From positions 259,863 to 323,862 of IMG/VR virus record IMGVR_UViG_3300037484_000445: 64,000 nucleotides of DNA. One strand, written 5' to 3'. The notes below the pieces were generated by a model. That model did not search any database, was not told the DNA's origin, and saw only the letters and a list, made by a program, of their open reading frames with translations. Positions 57,716-64,000 of the stretch are shown in pieces (the stretch's first letter is position 1; the number at the start of each line of letters is the position of its first letter). The translations under genes were made by a program, and so were the position numbers. The stretch comes from a virus. Its lineage: Duplodnaviria > Heunggongvirae > Uroviricota > Caudoviricetes.

Positions 57716-58164
57716 TAGGAGACCTTCCCATCGATCTCTCTAACTACCCGACAGCATTCCTCAGGGCGCATCAATTCCCTCTGACAAGCTATATCACCAC
57801 GGCACTCGAGAAGAAAAGTCTTGAGGACTTTTGGTTCTATGTGAGTGAAGTCACAATCGGTACGTTCGATGATACAAGCCACGTTAGGCGCCAAGAGCCC
57901 CAAGCAATCAACGACACCACCACAAGGAGCTCGACCTTTTACTCCATAGCTATCGACTACTTCAGGCCACAACCGCTCACCGGCAAGGGTTTGAACATTT
58001 AGGATAGCGTTGTAGTCGCAGTCCCCCTCGCAGCCGTAACGCTCAGTCGTGTACTGGAAGTACCAACCGACGACGGGAGCCGACTCTACGTAGTCAGCTG
58101 GCGAGCAAAACCAAGAACCAAGACACATCAAAGCTTGGACGACCGTATCCACGGGCAAGGGCAT
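57706..58164 (-). CDS. Cys-rich protein, paralog family E (start moved to ATG)
   Basis: ATG preceded by CCGGTGTATATACTGGCC. Confidence 0.5.
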   Translation of the reverse strand: MPLPVDTVVQALMCLGSWFCSPADYVESAPVVGWYFQYTTERYGCEGDCDYNAILNVQTLAGERLWPEVVDSYGVKGRAPCGGVVDCLGLLAPNVACIIERTDCDFTHIEPKVLKTFLLECRGDIACQRELMRPEECCRVVREIDGKVSYWP

Positions 58165-58182
58165 GGCCAGTATATACACCGG

Positions 58183-58701
58183 TCAGACGGAAGATTCAAT
58201 AGCCGGCAGTTTTGCCAGCTCGGACACAGGGAAGAGGGTCTCGAGGGCGCTCTGCAGGGCATCGGCGATTCCTTCGTGGGCCAAAGCCGTATCGAGGCAG
58301 CGAATCGTTGATTCCGGGTCATTAGCCAATTTGGCCTGATCCAGTTCTCGCGTAGCGATCTTCCGGTTGGTCGAGATCCTACGACGGATCTCGTTGATGT
58401 CGACGACTTGGGCTAAAAGAGCAACAGGGATGTCCATTTCAAAGTCTCCTGAGGGTATAACTGAAATGCTCGCTGGCGGTACGGTGCTTAGAATCCTTGG
58501 GGTGAACAGGGTCTCGAGAGCGCTTTGAAGCTCGAAAGCCATGGCCGCATGGTTCTTGGCTCGGGTGGAAGACGGGCCTTTTTCTTCCGAGAGGTCGGGG
58601 ATTTCTTGAAGGACCGAAACCACGCTCAGGTGCCCGACGATCATACCTCTGACGCATTGAACGGCATCTAGCCGGGCGAGCAGTTCTGTTTCATCGAACA
58701 T
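58183..58701 (-). CDS. hypothetical protein with internal duplication (ALQSALETLF twice)
   Basis: Internal repeat at both DNA and protein level, about 280 nt apart. Confidence 0.45.
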   Translation of the reverse strand: MFDETELLARLDAVQCVRGMIVGHLSVVSVLQEIPDLSEEKGPSSTRAKNHAAMAFELQSALETLFTPRILSTVPPASISVIPSGDFEMDIPVALLAQVVDINEIRRRISTNRKIATRELDQAKLANDPESTIRCLDTALAHEGIADALQSALETLFPVSELAKLPAIESSV

Positions 58702-58719
58702 GTTTGACCCCCACGGACA

Positions 58720-59019
58720 TCAGGCTTTAACTATTTTCAAACTACGTAGAGGTCGAGGACCATTACTAAATTCGACGTCTCTACGTGAGCTACCCATACG
58801 AAGACATCTCTCGAGATGTCCTTGCCAACAGTCAGAGGCTTTTTCGTCGAACTTCAGGTGTAAGTACCTCCCAGCAGGTGCTTGAATAATCGAGAAAATC
58901 CCACAATCCTGAAATTCGGCCGTTGCAGGAGCTACAGCCACGATTTCTAGGTCCAGAATGGTTGGATCATCAACACTAACGGTCATATTCAGGTTGTTGA
59001 TGTATGTCTGAATGTTCAT
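58720..59019 (-). CDS. hypothetical protein
   Basis: ORF. Confidence 0.4.
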   Translation of the reverse strand: MNIQTYINNLNMTVSVDDPTILDLEIVAVAPATAEFQDCGIFSIIQAPAGRYLHLKFDEKASDCWQGHLERCLRMGSSRRDVEFSNGPRPLRSLKIVKA

Positions 59020-59031
59020 TGGGGTCCCCCA

Positions 59032-59649
59032 TCACTCTCGGTAACCTGGGTGTTGTTCAACCATCTTGGCTGCCAATTCCGCGGCAGCTTCGAAGCTCGG
59101 CTTGACGTCGACTTGAGGCCCTAGCGTTCCGTGCCCCTTGTAGAGGGTGAAATTGCCCTTGAGGTCGTTGTAGATCGTGAAGTGTAGGGTTTCCCCCATG
59201 ACAGGATGAGAAGCTACAGAGCAGTGACAGCCACACTCGCAGTACTTGAAGTCGAGGGTGAAACCCGTTTCTTCGTCGCAATCCTCATCTTCATCGTCTT
59301 CCGTATGATCCGGTACGGGGATGTTGGGTTCCTCAGAAATGATGCACCACTCATGGCTGAGAACGTAGTGGCCTTCGTTTCCGCCGACCGTGGTATCGGC
59401 CGTAGCGTGGACATGAGCCTCTTCTTCGGAGGCTCCGCCAAGAATAGCTTGGTGATAGGCTTCGTTGACCTGTTCGTCGCAAAGGATGCCCGGCTTGTTG
59501 TCGACTATCCAGTCGATGGCCTCATTCAGAGCCTTGTCTAGGCTGTTGTCGAAGACTTCCAAATGCGTTTCACCGTAGGCGTCGAACCCGAGAACGTAGC
59601 GGGTCTTGGCCCAGCTCGCGTCCGTTTCGTTGACAGTGTAGGTGGTCAT
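59032..59649 (-). CDS. hypothetical acidic protein
   Basis: ORF with an acidic stretch EDDEDEDCDEE. Confidence 0.5.
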   Translation of the reverse strand: MTTYTVNETDASWAKTRYVLGFDAYGETHLEVFDNSLDKALNEAIDWIVDNKPGILCDEQVNEAYHQAILGGASEEEAHVHATADTTVGGNEGHYVLSHEWCIISEEPNIPVPDHTEDDEDEDCDEETGFTLDFKYCECGCHCSVASHPVMGETLHFTIYNDLKGNFTLYKGHGTLGPQVDVKPSFEAAAELAAKMVEQHPGYRE

Positions 59650-59891
59650 AGGGCCTCGTAGCCGAAGTCAGTGATGATTTGATCACGCTCAAGGGGTTGG
59701 GCTCCGAATCCGGGAGCTATACGGTTGCGGTGGCCACAGTAGAAAGCCACCAGACGGCCTTCGTGGGAGAGCACGATACCATTCGGGCCATGAGCTTTGG
59801 CGGCCACACAAGCTTCATACAGAGTGTTTCCGGTCGACTGCGTTCCTTGGCCGTCATCCCTAGCTACTTTGTACTGCTTGTCGTAGTCCAT
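59646..59891 (-). CDS. small hypothetical protein
   Basis: ATGA overlap. Confidence 0.4.
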   Translation of the reverse strand: MDYDKQYKVARDDGQGTQSTGNTLYEACVAAKAHGPNGIVLSHEGRLVAFYCGHRNRIAPGFGAQPLERDQIITDFGYEAL

Positions 59892-59936
59892 GCTTCTAGT
59901 ACGAAGGGCTTTGGGGGAGAGTTAAGCCCTTCAGCC

Positions 59937-60164
59937 TTATTCGATCCGAAAGACGTCGAGAACGCCGAGATAGGCGATTGAGACATTGCTCTGTTGGAAG
60001 TGCTCTGTGGCGTCCTGGCGAGCATTCTCAGGGGTCGAACCATAACCCCAAACGGCGTGGGATGATACCAGAACGTAATTGCCTACAGCAGCATTCCTAA
60101 GTCCTATGTGTTCGCTGTTGTAGCGCTTGAGTTCCTCAGGCCTAATTGTTTTGGGTCCAGACAT
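59937..60164 (-). CDS. small hypothetical protein
   Basis: ORF. Confidence 0.4.
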   Translation of the reverse strand: MSGPKTIRPEELKRYNSEHIGLRNAAVGNYVLVSSHAVWGYGSTPENARQDATEHFQQSNVSIAYLGVLDVFRIE

Positions 60165-60175
60165 GAACTACCCCC

Positions 60176-60619
60176 TCAAATCCCAAGCTCCTTTGGATCG
60201 ACCAGCTTGTAGAAGTCCTCTGAGGCACCGAAGGTTTGAAGCTTACGAGCATTCTGGCTCATGAATTCTTGAACCGCCGAAGTCCACCCTGAGTCGTGTG
60301 AGCATAGCAGCGTCCAAGGAGACGATCCTTCAACGTAGTCCTTGCCGGACTTGACGTACGAATCATCCTCTTCCTCGTTGTATTCGAGGTCCTCAAGGGG
60401 GATGACGTTCCAACGCTCACGTACATACACGCTCACGTAGTTGCATTCAGCGTAGAGAACCAGGTCAACGTACCTGTAGCCCTCTTCCTTATCGTGGTCA
60501 ATACTGGTCGAGAATCCAACGACGAACGCCTTGGGTTCAGGCTTCTTGGATTGCCACTTACCGGCTACACGTTCAAAGGTTCTACAGATGGCTGTTCCGA
60601 GTAGGTAGGCGAGGGACAT
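60176..60619 (-). CDS. hypothetical protein
   Basis: ORF. Confidence 0.5.
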   Translation of the reverse strand: MSLAYLLGTAICRTFERVAGKWQSKKPEPKAFVVGFSTSIDHDKEEGYRYVDLVLYAECNYVSVYVRERWNVIPLEDLEYNEEEDDSYVKSGKDYVEGSSPWTLLCSHDSGWTSAVQEFMSQNARKLQTFGASEDFYKLVDPKELGI

Positions 60620-60665
60620 GCCTACAATACGAGTGGAACCTCGTAGGACTTAATGGCCTTTTATC

Positions 60666-61061
60666 TTAGGCCCGCTCACCAGGGAATAGTTCGGGTGTCT
60701 TTCGAGTGATCCCCTCAGCCACATACCAAGCTAGGGCTAAGAGCCCGCCATGCAAGCGAGCCCATCCCTGGCCATCCTTACCCTCAGGGACGGCCTCGAG
60801 TCGAGCCCCAGGCGGTACGCTGGCGTCCCAAAGTGGCATATTAAGGCCATTCACACCATAGACGACGACATCTAACATCTGGAGATTACCTTCCCAGGTG
60901 GTCAAGTACGATTGGCCTTCGTGGTCAATCCAACCCAAGAGGTAAATATGATCCCAAGTTAGCTTTTCTGGAGGCACTAAGTCGCTCATGGCCTCACAAG
61001 CCATATCAGGAACAAGCCCAGCAAACAACCGACTAGAATGGCCACCACCGTAGGTCCCCAC
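60666..61061 (-). CDS. hypothetical protein
   Basis: ORF. Confidence 0.45.
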   Translation of the reverse strand: MGTYGGGHSSRLFAGLVPDMACEAMSDLVPPEKLTWDHIYLLGWIDHEGQSYLTTWEGNLQMLDVVVYGVNGLNMPLWDASVPPGARLEAVPEGKDGQGWARLHGGLLALAWYVAEGITRKTPELFPGERA

Positions 61062-61354
61062 TTTGAAGCTCGTAGATTTTCTAGCAGACGGGACTTAGAA
61101 GAAATGGCCTTGATCCTTACTTTCAACCGTGGAAACTCCGCAGACCGTACCCACTGGGCTGCAGAAATCGCCGGGATGGCTTTCACCTTCAACCGTGGAG
61201 GTCCGCAATTGGCTACGCACTCGTATCCGTCACTGACACTTCCTGTGCCGCAACGACAAGACGAACAAATGAGCCGACTACAGTTGTTGCAAGGATACAG
61301 ATCCTCAGCACTCCGACCACATCGCTTACAAGTTCCAGAACAACGTATGCCCAT
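60986..61354 (-). CDS. Cys-rich Zn-ribbon-like protein (start moved to ATG, MGIRCSG..)
   Basis: GAGGAA lies 8 nt upstream of the ATG, an SD-led exception; the motif CGGTGTATACG lies 26 nt upstream. Confidence 0.4.
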   Translation of the reverse strand: MGIRCSGTCKRCGRSAEDLYPCNNCSRLICSSCRCGTGSVSDGYECVANCGPPRLKVKAIPAISAAQWVRSAEFPRLKVRIKAISSKSRLLENLRASKWGPTVVAILVGCLLGLFLIWLVRP

Positions 61355-61456
61355 ATAGGATTCCTCAATTTCACTAAGCGTATACACCGAAGCCGTGTGA
61401 ATGGCTTTCTGGGATGATCCTGCATATCCCACGGTTTTCGGTGTATGTGCCAACCC

Positions 61457-62707
61457 ATGACGAGCACGAGAAAAAGTCGAGCCTACGACTACCTCAGGAA
61501 GGTCATGAAGGTGGCCGCAGATGTCAGCTCAAGACTACCCGAAAGTAAGGACGGTATCTTCACCAAAGCGGTCAAAATGCTTGGCGTCGTCGACTCGTTG
61601 AGCAACCACATTTGGGGCGAGGAAAACCTGACGGATCTAGGTAAGTACCTCAAGGATATACCCTATGAAGTCGAATCTGGAAAAAATTCTCGATTCATCG
61701 ATCTATTCTTTGCTTCTAGCTTGACCCGTATGTTTGACATCGAAGTCGTCAAGCTGACGAGCAACTCCAACATCATCAAAGCCTCGCACCCCACGATTGG
61801 TACCATACATTTCTATGAGCACAATGGGGCCACATCCAATTACCCCCTATATTGGTACCCCCCAGGCTTCAAATTCGATGAAGCCCTACGAGCAATTTGG
61901 GGAGACTTCAATGGGCGTATGCATCTTGGACAGGCCTTAGACAAGAACCGCAACGTCATCAGTGAGTACACGACGATACCTGAGCCCAAGGACCCGCTTT
62001 TAGGTGGAGCCCAAAAGCGCTTGGACGAATTCGTTACTCAGCACCGAGCGTATATTCGGGACGGGGTACCAAGGACCTACCTCATGTACGGCAAGCAAGG
62101 GGGTGGCAAAACGAGCTTTGCCCTTCGAATAGCTAACTTAGCCGAAGGCCACGTCCTCAGGATTGACGCCAACAGCCTGACCTCACTGGGCATGCAAGAG
62201 ATCGACTTTCTCATTGAGGGCCTCTGTCCGGATTTCATCATCGTTGATGATATCGATCGTGCTGCAGATCTAAAAATCTCCCTTCCAACACTGTTTGCGA
62301 TTCTAACGGACTTCAAAGGCAAGCATCCGAGCCTCACGGTCATTCTAACAATCAATGATATCAAGGAGCTCCCCCCGGCACTGTTGCGACCGGGTCGCAT
62401 AGACGTCCTTGTGGAATTTGATACTCCTACCGCCGAAGAACGTGAAGAGATCCTTCGAGGGTACCTCAAGGATTTCGGTATACCGGCGGACATGGACTTA
62501 GCCGACCTGGTGTATGAGACTGAAGGCCTGACCGCCGCCTACCTACGGGAAGTAGCCCTGCAGCTTAGGTACCGACCTCCAGCAGACGTCATCAAAATCA
62601 TCAAGAAAATGAACGAGTTGGCAGGTACTACTGTGAGGCCGAAAGATAAGGCCGAAGACAAAGATGTTGTGTGTGGTAAAACTACTGCTTCCGTGGAGCC
62701 GTCATGA
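61457..62707 (+). CDS. AAA+ family ATPase
   Basis: Walker A GKQGGGKTS, Walker B FIIVDDID, second region of homology ALLRPGRID. ATG preceded by CGGTGTATGTGCCAACCC. Confidence 0.8.
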   Translation: MTSTRKSRAYDYLRKVMKVAADVSSRLPESKDGIFTKAVKMLGVVDSLSNHIWGEENLTDLGKYLKDIPYEVESGKNSRFIDLFFASSLTRMFDIEVVKLTSNSNIIKASHPTIGTIHFYEHNGATSNYPLYWYPPGFKFDEALRAIWGDFNGRMHLGQALDKNRNVISEYTTIPEPKDPLLGGAQKRLDEFVTQHRAYIRDGVPRTYLMYGKQGGGKTSFALRIANLAEGHVLRIDANSLTSLGMQEIDFLIEGLCPDFIIVDDIDRAADLKISLPTLFAILTDFKGKHPSLTVILTINDIKELPPALLRPGRIDVLVEFDTPTAEEREEILRGYLKDFGIPADMDLADLVYETEGLTAAYLREVALQLRYRPPADVIKIIKKMNELAGTTVRPKDKAEDKDVVCGKTTASVEPS

Positions 62708-62973
62708 AAACTGACCAAATCGTCCGAGTGGCCACGAAATATGACGACTTGTTGGCTGACAAGAATGTCATCGCCGAGCGACAGGATATGTCCAGCTCTC
62801 GGTCCACCTCGGCTCAACGACTATCACACAGCAGGTGGATGTGTAAAGAGATCACACTCTTAGTAGAGAATGGTCACATTGACAAGGCAGAGCGTTGGGT
62901 CTGCTTCGTTCAAGGTGTCCTTTGGTGTGAGGGCCTTCGGTCCATCAACGAGATGCGAGACGACAACCGATGA
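62704..62973 (+). CDS. hypothetical protein
   Basis: ATGA overlap with the AAA gene. Confidence 0.45.
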   Translation: MKTDQIVRVATKYDDLLADKNVIAERQDMSSSRSTSAQRLSHSRWMCKEITLLVENGHIDKAERWVCFVQGVLWCEGLRSINEMRDDNR

Positions 62974-63197
62974 CCCGTGTTGTCCCCAAGATAGCTCAAG
63001 CGGTGCCCCTAAATGCAGAGGATGAGAGGTTGGTTGATGCCATGGTGGCACGCAAAATGGCAGACATGCACACTCGTCCGCTTCGACGAAAAACCCTAGA
63101 CTCTATGCGAAGGGTCCTCTACGTTATCGGGGTCTTGGCCGTTATCATTCTAGGAACAGCCATTTTGGTCTGGTCGGCCTTCTTCCCGCACAGGTAA
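62970..63197 (+). CDS. small membrane protein
   Basis: C-terminal TM segment. Confidence 0.4.
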   Translation: MTRVVPKIAQAVPLNAEDERLVDAMVARKMADMHTRPLRRKTLDSMRRVLYVIGVLAVIILGTAILVWSAFFPHR

Positions 63198-63202
63198 GAA
63201 AC

Positions 63203-63529
63203 GTGAGTAACTCCTCTTCATTAGTCCAAATACCTCGACAATTGTTAGAGGAACTCCAAGAGGCCATACCTATACGTTGTGTGATCTGCGGAAAACCAGC
63301 AGTTAGAGAATTAATCACCCCATCAGACCCTGGATTTGGCCCTTTCTTTTGTGACCTGCACGAAATCCAAAACTTACAGGAACTGAAGCATTATGCAGAT
63401 CTACCACCGTGGTACAGAGAAATAGCTCAAGCTTCTCTTGTTCGAAGACTTTCATATTGGGATCAACCCAAAAATGCTGTGCTTGAACTATCCTGTCTCG
63501 ATCGAATACTAGCCGGTAAGACTGTCTGA
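63203..63529 (+). CDS. Cys-containing hypothetical protein
   Basis: ORF. Confidence 0.45.
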   Translation: MSNSSSLVQIPRQLLEELQEAIPIRCVICGKPAVRELITPSDPGFGPFFCDLHEIQNLQELKHYADLPPWYREIAQASLVRRLSYWDQPKNAVLELSCLDRILAGKTV

Positions 63530-63573
63530 AAATAGTTCTTGCACCCCCAAGTGTTTCCTGATAGGAAACACCC

Positions 63574-63909
63574 GTGAAGACATTCGGTGAATGCCTTAGA
63601 GGTATTCGCGAGAGGAAAGGTCTGTCCGTACGCCAGTTGGCTTCTGCAGCTGGTGTTGAGCCTGGGTACGTATCCAAGCTTGAAAACGATCTATCCAATG
63701 CCTCCAACGACAAGTTGGAAGCACTAGCTACAGCTTTGGAAGTGAATCCTCACATCCTAATGCTGATGGCTGGACGTTTATCGGAAGAGGTCGTGGCTGT
63801 AGCAAGGAAGCACCCGGAAGCCCTAATGGCGCTCATGGACAGTATTCCCAAGTCCTCCGAGAAGACCCTTTTGAAGGCGGCTACTGCGGTTCGTGACGGA
63901 AAATGGTGA
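63574..63909 (+). CDS. XRE/Cro-C1-type helix-turn-helix transcriptional regulator
   Basis: LRGIRERKGLSVRQLASAAGVEPGYVSKLEN HTH signature. Confidence 0.65.
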   Translation: MKTFGECLRGIRERKGLSVRQLASAAGVEPGYVSKLENDLSNASNDKLEALATALEVNPHILMLMAGRLSEEVVAVARKHPEALMALMDSIPKSSEKTLLKAATAVRDGKW

Positions 63910-64000
63910 TGCAAATGTTGAATATTATTGGCGACCAACTGAGTTTCGAGTTCAGTGACGTTCATCCTGAGGCCAAACTGAAGATTAACTTTCAGCGGAC

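Noticed and set aside
1-64000. CRISPR arrays, rRNA, integrase or transposase, toxin-antitoxin pairs
   Set aside because: No regularly spaced direct repeats, no rRNA-like conserved stretches and no recombinase motifs (tyrosine R..HxxR..Y, serine resolvase, DDE) were recognised by eye. Absence cannot be proven without tools.

Overview
This 64 kb window has roughly 52% GC and is densely coding on both strands, with about 110 mostly short ORFs of no recognisable family. Many genes overlap at their ends (ATGA/GTGA junctions) and many start with GTG. I found no rRNA, CRISPR array, integrase or transposase. The recognisable genes point to a large (jumbo-type) tailed bacteriophage or phage-like element of a bacterium. 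These are a sigma-70-family sigma factor, an HU-like protein, a 938-aa Gly/Thr-rich fibre-like protein, two tandem BNR/Asp-box proteins, an HNH endonuclease, an AAA+ ATPase and an XRE regulator. The most striking content is an unusually complete RNA/tRNA repair and maturation toolkit scattered over the window: the Tpt1-family RNA 2'-phosphotransferase KptA, a class-II CCA-adding enzyme with an HD domain, an Rnl2-like RNA ligase, RtcB, a HAD phosphatase, a CYTH triphosphate-tunnel enzyme and a macro domain protein. A 107-nt tRNA-like element with a non-canonical body lies immediately upstream of the KptA/CCA operon. Nucleoside-metabolism genes are also present (nucleoside 2-deoxyribosyltransferase, HD hydrolase, nucleoside hydrolase, ATP-grasp), together with an orphan E1-like ThiF/MoeB enzyme. 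At least 25 copies of an oriented, partly palindromic motif (CGGTGTATATAC and the variant GGTGTAGGG) sit 3-9 nt upstream of start codons. This suggests a phage-specific promoter or operator producing leaderless or near-leaderless mRNAs. Coordinates of motifs and of start codons that I moved are hand-derived and may be off by 1-2 nt.
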